This document shows positions 1 to 8,319 of a stretch of 64,000 bases of DNA, piece after piece. Under the pieces are notes generated by a model that was given only the letters and a program-made list of their open reading frames with translations, made no database searches and was not told the DNA's origin. The position numbers and the translations under genes are program-made. Source of the DNA: an uncultured Poribacteria bacterium (GTDB taxonomy: Bacteria > Poribacteria > WGA-4E > WGA-3G); the NCBI GenBank assembly GCA_958296135.2, contig CATQHZ020000001.1:3747902-3811901 (forward strand), read 5' to 3'. How positions within the stretch are numbered: the stretch's first letter is position 1; every line of letters starts with the position of its first letter.

Positions 1-747
1 CGCTCCCACAAGACGCGCCTGCCCCGGGGGCGGAACAGTTTCAATATACCCGCTCACATAACGCGCCGCCAACCCCATCGCCCGAAGACACCCGATACCC
101 AAATGCGCAAAATCTTGGCAGACACCGCGACGATGCCCCAACACCTCCGCTAACGGTGTCGCAACCGTGGTAAACCCCGGGTCGTACGTGAAATCGGTAT
201 AGAGGCGCGCCATTAAGTCTTGCACCGCATCTCGCAGCAGTCTCCCCGGCGCAAACGATGGCGTTGCATACTCCCTAAGTGCCGATAACCGCATCGGAAT
301 CATCGGCGAATCTAGCAGATACTGCCGTATCTCTAAAATCTCCGGATGTTGCGCCGTGTGGAGTTGCGCACGAACCTCTTCCCACGTTGCGCCTTCAGCA
401 ACTTCGCGCGCCGCCGTGCTACTCTGCTGCACCTCCACACGACTCGTCACGGTGATGGTAAGTGCCTGATGCGGCCGCTGAATCGCAAAATAACAGACAG
501 TATTCCCGAAGAAATCCTCACGCTCCCGATAATTCGCCGGCTCTGGTTCAACGACAAATCGGCTGCGGCTAACCTGTTGCAAATGCCCCCACTCCGACAG
601 CACCCCATTCGGCGTGTAATGTTTATAGGGCTGTCTTGCGAAACTCCGCGGCATCAGCCGCGCCTCGTTATAGGAGAGATTCGCCGTGTCGCTATAAGTG
701 TAGTGCGTTTTATGCGTAATTTGATAATGCACTGTTTTTCTCAACAC
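1..747 (-). CDS. transglutaminase-family protein (COG1305-like), N-terminal part only; the gene runs off the left edge
   Basis: Absent from the ORF track because it is open at the window edge. My minus-strand translation from ~747 reads (V/L)RKTVHYQITHKTHYTYSDTANLSYNEARLMPR...ATPLAEVLGHRRGVCQDFAHLGIGCLRAMGLAARYVSGY. That is a Bact_transglu_N-type start followed by the transglutaminase core Cys motif. Start is ambiguous (GTG 747, TTG 744 or GTG 732). Confidence 0.8.
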   Translation of the reverse strand, partial: MLRKTVHYQITHKTHYTYSDTANLSYNEARLMPRSFARQPYKHYTPNGVLSEWGHLQQVSRSRFVVEPEPANYREREDFFGNTVCYFAIQRPHQALTITVTSRVEVQQSSTAAREVAEGATWEEVRAQLHTAQHPEILEIRQYLLDSPMIPMRLSALREYATPSFAPGRLLRDAVQDLMARLYTDFTYDPGFTTVATPLAEVLGHRRGVCQDFAHLGIGCLRAMGLAARYVSGYIETVPPPGQARLVGA

Positions 748-749
748 CG

Positions 750-965
750 GTAGGAGAGACCTCCCGGTCTCGACTTCCCCGGTACAAGGAACCTCCCGCG
801 TCCCGATTCATTCCGTAGGAGGGACATCCCTGTCCCGATGCCTCCCCCGGTACAAGGAACCTCCCGCGTCCCGAGACTCTTATACATCGGCACAATTTCG
901 TATCAGCCCGTAGCGCGAGGGAAAACCCGGCGAGCGCGAATCGCCGAGGGTTTCCCTCGCGAACC
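750..965. repeat. cluster of GTAG-headed hairpin repeats (REP-like; families 3 and 2)
   Basis: GGTAGGAGAGACCTCCCGGTCTCGA at 750, GTAGGAGGGACATCCCTGTCCCGA at ~813, and two GGTACAAGGAACCTCCCGCGTCCCGA copies. A ~55-nt nested palindrome GTAGCGCGAGGGAAAACCCGGCGAGCGCGAATCGCCGAGGGTTTCCCTCGCGAAC lies at ~908-965. Confidence 0.85.
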
Positions 966-994
966 CCGTCCCCACGAAAAACCCACGGTTATCA

Positions 995-3631
995 CTAGTT
1001 TATCCGCACCAACTGCTGCGGCCCCTGCACATGACTGAAATACGTCCGCGTTAACGCATCTGAAATTTCCAGAAGCAGCTGCGCCAGCCGCGCCAGAAGT
1101 TTCTCTAACCCCTGACGCTCTGGCATCTTTTCAGAACGTTCTGCGAGCTGCATCGTATCCGAGAGTTGCAGCTGCGTCAACGCCTCCAAAATCAGCTGCT
1201 CCTCCGGACTCAGGCGATACCCGAGTTTCTCCCGCGGCAGCGAACGGATTTGCGCCTGTAGCCGTTTTAATTGATAGACGAGGGCACGTGGATTACTTTC
1301 ATCAAGCAGCAGCAATTCCAGCACCGTCGGAAAATGCAATTCCGCGCGATACCTGCCGCGATAGGTAATCAGACTCTCCGCCGCCGCCAAAATGGCTTCC
1401 AGCAACCGCTGTTCAACCCAGTTATCAGATGCCCCGACGAGACTGGAACGGCACAGCCAAATCAGCAGGAGCGCGCGTTCAATCCGCCGCCCCATATCAA
1501 GGCTGAGCCAGCCTATCGTCTGCGTCATGCTCTCGGCGTTCAAGCCTGTTAGGGCAGCGAGAAAAATCATCAGCTGATCGATTTCTGTCTGGATATCCTG
1601 CTGTGCGCGCGTCTCCAATTCCTTATTGCCGGGCGGCGCGCTCCGCCAGTCCTGCCGTTTTTCCAACACCTTTTTCTCAAGCGCGCTACACAAACTTTCA
1701 ATGTTATTCATCACGCGCCATGTATCAGTAGACCATCTGTCACGCACCGCATACGCGGCACTCACCATCGCCCGGAGCGTTGAGACAAGACTGCCGCGCT
1801 GTTTCGTGTCGAGAGTGATAGCAAACAGTTCGTCCGTTAACGTCGTCCCCTTGGACGCGTTGCGTCCATCAGTGTTACCAGAGAACCCGGTCACAGCACG
1901 GAGCAAACTGCGCAGATACGTCAATTCCGAGCCCCCTCGCGTGCCCTCTGTTAACGGACTTGCCTGCAATGTATCCATGATAATCCGCAGCAACCGCGCC
2001 TGTCCCTCCGCACGTTCCGCGTAACGCCCTACCCAAAACAGATTTTCGGCAGAACGGCTCGACAACCCCTGCGAATTCCCAACGTTGTCATACGCCAACG
2101 GACGCAGGTAGCCGCTCTTTGGCTGCCGCCATAGACTGACGTGCGGCTCAGGCTCATCGGCGAGGACCCAGGTATCCTTACTCACGCCGCCGGCCCGGCT
2201 CGAGACGATGAGCGCGCCTTTCTTCGCCGCGCGCCGCGTGAGCCCCCCCGGCATCACAACGTACCCCTCTTTTTGTGCGAACAAGAAACTGCGGAGCGTC
2301 GCGTGGCGCGGCTCAAGCCTGCCTGCAATCAGCGAAGGCGTTGTCGAGAAATGCACCTGCTCCTGTCCGACGTAAAGATGCGGTTCCGCACGAATCCGCT
2401 CGCGGAGCGTCGCCCGCGCCGCGCTGCTCATCTCTGCCCCAAACAGCGGATAGGCATCCATCGGTTTTCGGTGAATCGTTTTGATAACGAGGCGTTCAAG
2501 GTTCTCTAGCACATACGCCAACTGCTTTGGCTGCCCGCACCACCACGTCGCCACCGATGGCAGAAGCAGTGAGCCGCCATTAGGCACAATGCCAAACCAC
2601 TTTGCGATGCCCGGCAGAAACGGCATCAAGCCCGGATTCTCCAAAACGCTGCTCCCCGGCGCATTCACCACAACGACATTGCCGAGCCGAATCGCTTCCA
2701 TCAACCCTGCAACACCGAGCCGCGAGTCCTGCCGTAATTCCAGCGGATCGCAGAAGACATCGTCCACTCGCCGCAAAATAATATCTACCGGACGCAATCC
2801 ATCAAGCGATTTCAACCAGACGCGCCCATCCCACACCGTCAAATCATCCCCCTGCACGAGGGTATAACCGAGATAACTCGCCAAATACGCATGCTCAAAA
2901 TAGGTCTCGTTGAGCGGACCGGGTGTCAGCACAACGACATGCGGGTTCGCTTTCCCGTGTGGCGCGATTTCTGACAAGCCGTTCTGCAACGCACGAAAGA
3001 AGAAAGAGAGCCGATGCACACCCACATCGCCAAATAGATTGGGCATCACCCGCGCCAGCGCAGTACGGTTTTCAAGCGCATACCCCGCACCCGACGGAGC
3101 CTGCGTCCGGTCGCTCAGCACCCACATTCTCCCATCAGACCCGCGTGCCAAATCCGCCGCATACATCAGGAGAAGCGACCTCCCAGCCGCAATCCCATCA
3201 CACCCCCGCAAAAATCCAGCGTGTGCATAGACAACCTCCGGCGGCAGCACCCCTTCCTTAATAAGCCGACGTTCCCCATATAAATCCGCCAGCACGAGGT
3301 TCAGCAACTCGGCGCGCTGCGTCAATCCGGCAGAGATAACCTCCCAATCCGAATGCGATAAAATCAGCGGAATCGGATCCAACTCCCACGGACGATGGCC
3401 CCGCTCTTCCCCATGCACAACATAGGTGACACCGTTCTCCCGCAGCAACCGCCGAACTTCCCGGTGACGCACTTGCATCTCATCAAGTCCAAACGACTCA
3501 AGTGCCGCAATGAAAGCGCGCCAATGCGAATTGACATGCCGCCCCGAAGTCAGCATCTCATCAAAAGACGCATCCGCAGTCGTATATATATCCTCAATAA
3601 CGGTGTAGTCTGTGTCGTTTGAACGCTGCAT
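995..3631 (-). CDS. circularly permuted type-2 ATP-grasp domain fused to an alpha-E domain
   Basis: 878-aa ORF. The N-terminal half parallels the stand-alone ATP-grasp ORF at 14237-15691 (RPWELDPIPLIL vs FPFDLIPRII; GGVSKDTWVL vs GGGSKDTWVL). The C-terminal half opens with the alpha-E signature AENLFWVGRYAERAE (compare AESIYWMSRYIERAE in 11758-12747). Confidence 0.85.
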   Translation of the reverse strand: MQRSNDTDYTVIEDIYTTADASFDEMLTSGRHVNSHWRAFIAALESFGLDEMQVRHREVRRLLRENGVTYVVHGEERGHRPWELDPIPLILSHSDWEVISAGLTQRAELLNLVLADLYGERRLIKEGVLPPEVVYAHAGFLRGCDGIAAGRSLLLMYAADLARGSDGRMWVLSDRTQAPSGAGYALENRTALARVMPNLFGDVGVHRLSFFFRALQNGLSEIAPHGKANPHVVVLTPGPLNETYFEHAYLASYLGYTLVQGDDLTVWDGRVWLKSLDGLRPVDIILRRVDDVFCDPLELRQDSRLGVAGLMEAIRLGNVVVVNAPGSSVLENPGLMPFLPGIAKWFGIVPNGGSLLLPSVATWWCGQPKQLAYVLENLERLVIKTIHRKPMDAYPLFGAEMSSAARATLRERIRAEPHLYVGQEQVHFSTTPSLIAGRLEPRHATLRSFLFAQKEGYVVMPGGLTRRAAKKGALIVSSRAGGVSKDTWVLADEPEPHVSLWRQPKSGYLRPLAYDNVGNSQGLSSRSAENLFWVGRYAERAEGQARLLRIIMDTLQASPLTEGTRGGSELTYLRSLLRAVTGFSGNTDGRNASKGTTLTDELFAITLDTKQRGSLVSTLRAMVSAAYAVRDRWSTDTWRVMNNIESLCSALEKKVLEKRQDWRSAPPGNKELETRAQQDIQTEIDQLMIFLAALTGLNAESMTQTIGWLSLDMGRRIERALLLIWLCRSSLVGASDNWVEQRLLEAILAAAESLITYRGRYRAELHFPTVLELLLLDESNPRALVYQLKRLQAQIRSLPREKLGYRLSPEEQLILEALTQLQLSDTMQLAERSEKMPERQGLEKLLARLAQLLLEISDALTRTYFSHVQGPQQLVRIN

Positions 3632-3822
3632 ACCTTTTGCCCAATCCCCGCGCCATCCCAGATTTTCTCAAAAACAGCGAACGGTAACGTCCATTACGTC
3701 ACGCGCTGAAAACTCGTTGCCGCTGCACTGCTTGAAATATTATAATACGCCACATCTCGCAAAATGTCAAACCTATTCTGAATCCCGCGATTCAGACAAA
3801 CGAAGCCCGCGAAACAATTTTC

Positions 3823-3851
3823 TTGCAATTTATCCCAAATCACGTTATAAT
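3823..3851 (+). promoter_or_regulatory. sigma70-type promoter (TTGCAA-N17-TATAAT) upstream of 3881
   Basis: TTGCAA at 3823-3828, an exact 17-nt spacer, and TATAAT at 3846-3851, about 30 nt upstream of the RBS/ATG. Confidence 0.55.
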
Positions 3852-3880
3852 CCTCCCTAAATCACCCAGGCTGGAGGCCA

Positions 3881-6800
3881 ATGATGCTCAGCATCAAACC
3901 CACGCACAAACCGATAACAACCTATTACGCCGAACTCGGACAGTATACGAGCCTCGGCGCACAACACGAGGGAGCCGTCCGCGTCGCCTTCCAAAACCTG
4001 CTGCAACACTATTGCGGACAACGCACGCTCACGCTGATATGCGAGCAGACGCGCACCACCCCTAACGGAAACCAGATTCGCATTGATGGCGAAATCGTCA
4101 CCGACTTCGGCTTAGTCTTCGGGCATTGGGAAGCGAAAGACTTGCTCGATGAGCTCCCCGCCGAAGTGCAACACAAGTTGACAACGGGCTATCCTGCCAA
4201 AAATATCATCTTCCAAACCCCGCACCGTGCGAGACTCTACCAAAACGGTTCGCTCGTGCTGGACTTGGACATCACCGAGCCGCGCCAGCTCGTCCAACTG
4301 CTCGAGACCTTCTTCGCCTACACCGAAGAAAACCTCGCCGACTGGGATGCAGCCGTGGACACTTTCCAAGATACCATCCCCGAGCTCGGCGCGAGACTCG
4401 AAGCACTCATCCAAACCGAACGCCAAAATACGCCCGACTTCCGCGAGGCGTTCGCGAACTTCCATCGCCAATGCCGAGACGCAATCAACCCTAACCTCGC
4501 CGAAACCGAAGTCGAACGGATGCTCGCGCAGCACCTCTTGACAGAACGCATCTTCCGCACCGTTTTTGATAACCCGGATTTCACGAATCGGAATATCATC
4601 GCGCAAGAAATAGAAAAGGTGATTCGCGTGCTGACGCGGCACGCCTTGAATCGGAATCAGTTCCTCAACAGTCTTGATGGATTCTACGCCGCTGTGGAAA
4701 ACACGGCGCGAACGCTGACAGACTATTCGCAGAAGCAGGCATTTCTCAATACCGTCTATCAACGCTTTTTTCAAGGGTTCTCTGTCAAAACCGCCGATAC
4801 ACACGGCATCGTCTACACGCCGCAACCCATCGTCGATTTCATGGTGAACAGCGTGCAGCACCTCTTGAAAACCCACTTCGGCAAATCGCTGTCCGATACA
4901 GGTGTCCATATCATCGATCCGTTTGTCGGCACCGGCAACTTCATCGTACGCCTGATGCAGGAAATCCCCGGCATCGCCCTAGACAAAAAGTATCGCGGCG
5001 AACTCCACTGCAACGAGGTGATGCTGCTGCCTTATTACATCGCCACGATGAACATCGAACACGCCTATTTCGAGAAAATGGGACGGTATGAGCCGTTCAA
5101 GCATATCTGTTTCGTTGACACGTTTGATACCTTCGGGCTCATGGACACGCCGCATCAGACAGGGCAGTTTGCCTTTCTCACGCAGGAAAACACGCTGCGC
5201 GTCAAAGAGCAGAAAGATACCCCGATGTTTGTCGTCATCGGCAATCCGCCATATAACGCGAGCCAGACTAACGAGAACGATAACAACAAGAACCGGCCCC
5301 ACGAAGCAGTCGATGCGCGCGTCCGCGCTACCTATGCCGCTGCCTCCACGGCGCAACTGAAAAACAAACTCTACGATCCTTACGTCAAATCCCTCCGCTG
5401 GGCATCGGATAAAATCGGGGAAGAAGGCATCATCGCGTTTATCACGAACAACAGTTTTCTGGATGCGGCGATGTTCGATGGGATGCGGCAGTGTCTCGCC
5501 GAGGAATTCGACTGGCTCCACATCGTCGATCTGGGTGGGAACATCCGCAAGGGGCAAAAGGGAGATTCCAACGTGTTCGGCATTCAAGTCGGTGTCAGCA
5601 TCAATCTGTTGGTGAAGACAAAGGGCCCTCGGCAAGGGGCCGCGCACATTCTCTATAACGATGAAGCGGCTGAGTTGCCGAGAGAACAGACGTTCCAATT
5701 TCTGGAGGAACGCGAGCACGTCGGCAATCTCAAGTGGCAGGAGATTCAGCCGAATGCACGCCAAATGTGGCTCACGGAGGGGCTCGAACCCGACTTTGAC
5801 ACCTTCATCCCGATGGGCACCAAGAAAGCAAAGGCGGCGAAAGGCGATGTTGAAGGCACACTCTTTAAAACTTATAGTCTCGGCGTGGTGACGAACCGTG
5901 ATGCATGGGTTTACAATTTTGACGCACGCGCCTTGACAGAGAATCTGTCTCGGATGATGGAGTTCTACAACGCGGAAACATCTCGGTGGCAGCGGCGAAC
6001 CGAGCGTGACATAAATGTCAGCGATTTTGTGAGTCAGGAGCGCACCCAAATCAAGTGGACAGACCGGCTGAAAGCGGCATTAAAAAAAGGAACGTTGGTG
6101 ACGTTCGCGCCCGAGCAGATTCGCACGTCTCTCTATCGTCCGTTTACCAAATCGCACCTCTATTTTGACAGGTTGATGAACCAACGTGTCTATGTGATGC
6201 CCGCCATCTTCCCGACACCGGAGACCGAACAGGAAAATCGGGTTATCTGTGTGCCAAGCACCGGAGCACGCACGAACTTTTGGTGCTATGTAACAAACGT
6301 CCTCCCGAATTTGACGCTAACGGGAACGGACGGAAATCAGTGTTTTCCCTTTTACACCTACGACGAAGATGGCACCAACCGCCGAGAAAACATCACCGAC
6401 TGGGCTCTCGCACAGTTCCGGGCACACTACGCCGACGAGACTCTCTCCAAGTGGGACATTTTCCACTACAATTACGCGGTGCTGCATCATCCTGAGTATC
6501 GCGAACGGTATCAGGTGAACTTGAAGCACGATTTGCCGCATCTCCCGTTCGCCCCAGAGTTCTGGGAGTTCGTGGAAATTGGGCGGCAACTGGCAGACTT
6601 GCACGTCAATTATGAAGCACTTGACGTGCTGCCAAACGTCGTTGAGACACCGGGCGTGCCGCTGAATTGGCGCGTGGCACAGATGAAGTTGTCAAAAGAC
6701 AAGACCGAGGTGCGCTACAACGAATCGTTGACGCTAGTGGATATTCCGCCGGCCGTGTTTGATTATCAGTTGGGGCGGCGTTCGGCATTGGAATGGGTCC

Positions 6801-6991
6801 TCGATCAGTATCGAGTGAAGTCGGATCCGAATGGTAGCGGTATTGTTGCGGATCCGAATCGTGTTGAGGATGCGCAATATATCGTTCGGTTGCTTGGGCA
6901 GGTGATGCGTGTGAGTGCGGAGACGGTGCGGTTGGTTGGGGAATTGCCGTCGCTGTTTCCGTCGGACGAAGAACGTCCTTCTTCACCGTAG
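3881..6991 (+). CDS. fused PD-(D/E)xK nuclease / N6-adenine DNA methyltransferase / Type-ISP-like C-terminal specificity domain, with no helicase (Type IIG-like RM enzyme, YeeA-like)
   Basis: 1036-aa ORF with GGAGG 5 nt before the ATG. N-terminal IRIDGEIV...GHWEAKD (D...ExK). SAM motif I IIDPFVGTGNF. Motif IV VIGNPPYNAS. C-terminal region contains SLYRPFTKSHLYFD. No Walker A or helicase motifs seen. Confidence 0.75.
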   Translation: MMLSIKPTHKPITTYYAELGQYTSLGAQHEGAVRVAFQNLLQHYCGQRTLTLICEQTRTTPNGNQIRIDGEIVTDFGLVFGHWEAKDLLDELPAEVQHKLTTGYPAKNIIFQTPHRARLYQNGSLVLDLDITEPRQLVQLLETFFAYTEENLADWDAAVDTFQDTIPELGARLEALIQTERQNTPDFREAFANFHRQCRDAINPNLAETEVERMLAQHLLTERIFRTVFDNPDFTNRNIIAQEIEKVIRVLTRHALNRNQFLNSLDGFYAAVENTARTLTDYSQKQAFLNTVYQRFFQGFSVKTADTHGIVYTPQPIVDFMVNSVQHLLKTHFGKSLSDTGVHIIDPFVGTGNFIVRLMQEIPGIALDKKYRGELHCNEVMLLPYYIATMNIEHAYFEKMGRYEPFKHICFVDTFDTFGLMDTPHQTGQFAFLTQENTLRVKEQKDTPMFVVIGNPPYNASQTNENDNNKNRPHEAVDARVRATYAAASTAQLKNKLYDPYVKSLRWASDKIGEEGIIAFITNNSFLDAAMFDGMRQCLAEEFDWLHIVDLGGNIRKGQKGDSNVFGIQVGVSINLLVKTKGPRQGAAHILYNDEAAELPREQTFQFLEEREHVGNLKWQEIQPNARQMWLTEGLEPDFDTFIPMGTKKAKAAKGDVEGTLFKTYSLGVVTNRDAWVYNFDARALTENLSRMMEFYNAETSRWQRRTERDINVSDFVSQERTQIKWTDRLKAALKKGTLVTFAPEQIRTSLYRPFTKSHLYFDRLMNQRVYVMPAIFPTPETEQENRVICVPSTGARTNFWCYVTNVLPNLTLTGTDGNQCFPFYTYDEDGTNRRENITDWALAQFRAHYADETLSKWDIFHYNYAVLHHPEYRERYQVNLKHDLPHLPFAPEFWEFVEIGRQLADLHVNYEALDVLPNVVETPGVPLNWRVAQMKLSKDKTEVRYNESLTLVDIPPAVFDYQLGRRSALEWVLDQYRVKSDPNGSGIVADPNRVEDAQYIVRLLGQVMRVSAETVRLVGELPSLFPSDEERPSSP

Positions 6992-7510
6992 GGCGAGGGC
7001 CTGTCCCTCGCCGTGCATCGGTCTATTGAACGTCACTTCTTCACCGTAGGGCGCGGTCCTGTGCCTCGCCATGTATCGATCTATCAAGAAACGATCGCGG
7101 CGGCCAGGCCACTACGGGACGAAGGACGATCGCGGGGGACAAGAACACCCCACTTCACCGTAGGGCGAGGGCCTGTCCCTCGCCATGTATCGGTCTATCA
7201 AGAAACGTTCGCGGCGGACAGGCCACTACGGGACGAAGGACGATCGCGGGGGACAGGCCCCCGCGCTACGGGCACCGGGGGGTTGTCTGATACCGTAGGG
7301 CGAGGGCCTGTGCCTCGCCAGGCATCGGGCCATCGAGAAACGTTCGCGGCGGACAAGAACACCCCACTTCACCGTAGGGCGAGGTCCTGTGCCTCGCCAG
7401 GCATCGGGCCATCAAGAAGCGTTCGCGGCGGACAAGAACACCCCACTTCACCGTAGGGCGAGGTCCTGTGCCTCGCCAGGCATCGGGCCATCGAGAAACG
7501 TTCGCGGCGG
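6988..7510. repeat. array of family-1 GTAG hairpin repeats; the last three units form a 79-bp tandem repeat
   Basis: Six copies of caccGTAGGGCGAGG(G/T)CCTGT(C/G)CCTCGCC(a/g)(t/g)gcatcgg (stem GGCGAGGG/CCCTCGCC). Inverted partners cgcgggggacaggcccccgcgCTAC are present. Unit starts at 7370 and 7449 give the 79-bp period. Confidence 0.9.
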
Positions 7511-7640
7511 ACAGTGGACATCTCTGCAGCGAGGCTGCAGAGATGACAACGTTAAAGTAAGTAAGGTAGCGTGTTTACGCGGGGCGACACACGCACATTT
7601 TCTGTAGACGTGACCGTGACGGCCCCCGCGCTACGGGCCG
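7511..7640 (+). repeat. ~130-nt composite dispersed element (palindrome CATCTCTGCAGC-N4-GCTGCAGAGATG plus a conserved tail)
   Basis: The same element recurs in reverse orientation at ~22940-23102 and partially at 51721-51790. By eye the full copies are roughly 85-90 percent identical. Confidence 0.8.
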
Positions 7641-7679
7641 AAAAACGTCACGCCGACAACCCTCATGGAGGAACTTGTC

Positions 7680-7916
7680 ATGAAAGAAACACGCCAAAAG
7701 TATCCGATCCCCGACTTCGATCCGGAGACTTACACAGACCCGATCCTCGAAGAATGCTACCAGATGAAACGGGAGTTCAGCGCGCAGTTCAAGGACCTTG
7801 ATGAACTCCACGACTATTTGGTGGCACAAGGAAAAAAGCGGCGGAAAGAGGGCAAATGGAAATATGCCCCGCTGCCGCCGCACCTGACCGAGGATCCCGA
7901 CCCGGGGGAAGACTAG
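7680..7916 (+). CDS. small hypothetical protein (78 aa), paralogue A
   Basis: GGAGGA RBS 8 nt upstream of ATG 7680. Product MKETRQKYPIPDFDPETYTDPILEECYQMKREF.... It resembles the next ORF closely, including ~30 nt of upstream sequence. Confidence 0.6.
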   Translation: MKETRQKYPIPDFDPETYTDPILEECYQMKREFSAQFKDLDELHDYLVAQGKKRRKEGKWKYAPLPPHLTEDPDPGED

Positions 7917-8010
7917 CCCGGCTTGACGCAGATCCACCGCGTTGTCGCGGCGGCAGGGTTGTCGGCCTGTCATCATCTGCACGCCGACAACCCTCATGGA
8001 GGAACTTGTC

Positions 8011-8244
8011 ATGAAAGAAATACAACAAAAGTATCCGATCCCCGATTTCGATCCGGAGACTTACACAGACCCAATTCTCGAAGAATGCTATCGGATAAAG
8101 CGGGAGTATAGCGAGGAACTCAAGAACATTGAAGACCTCGAGGCGTATTTCATAGCCCGAGAGATAGAAAATCGGAAGAAAGGCCACAAATATCTCCCGA
8201 TTCCGCCAAACTTGGCGCGCTATCCTCATCAGGAGGAAGACTAA
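8011..8244 (+). CDS. small hypothetical protein (77 aa), paralogue B
   Basis: Identical RBS context (CCCTCATGGAGGAACTTGTCATGAAAGAA). Product MKEIQQKYPIPDFDPETYTDPILEECYRIKREY.... Confidence 0.6.
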   Translation: MKEIQQKYPIPDFDPETYTDPILEECYRIKREYSEELKNIEDLEAYFIAREIENRKKGHKYLPIPPNLARYPHQEED

Positions 8245-8319
8245 CCCCCGCGTCGTCGCGGCGGATAGAGACATCCGTCCTTACATCTGACCTGCACTAC
8301 AGAGGCAAGACGCATCAAC

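Noticed and set aside
346-753. 135-aa plus-strand ORF.
   Set aside because: It is antisense to a clear transglutaminase-family reading frame (GVCQDFAH core) that is open to the window edge.
4112-6049. Long minus-strand ORFs (265 aa and 356 aa) inside 3881-6991.
   Set aside because: The plus frame carries ordered MTase motifs I and IV and a full-length open frame. The antisense ORFs have no motifs and are typical GC-rich shadow ORFs.
6988-7607. ORFs 7013-7456, 7266-7451 and 7389-7607 in the repeat array. A CRISPR array was also considered.
   Set aside because: The peptides (…GRGPVPRH…) are simply translated hairpin repeats. The units abut without unique spacers, have internal palindromes and occur dispersed in both orientations, so this is neither CRISPR nor coding sequence.
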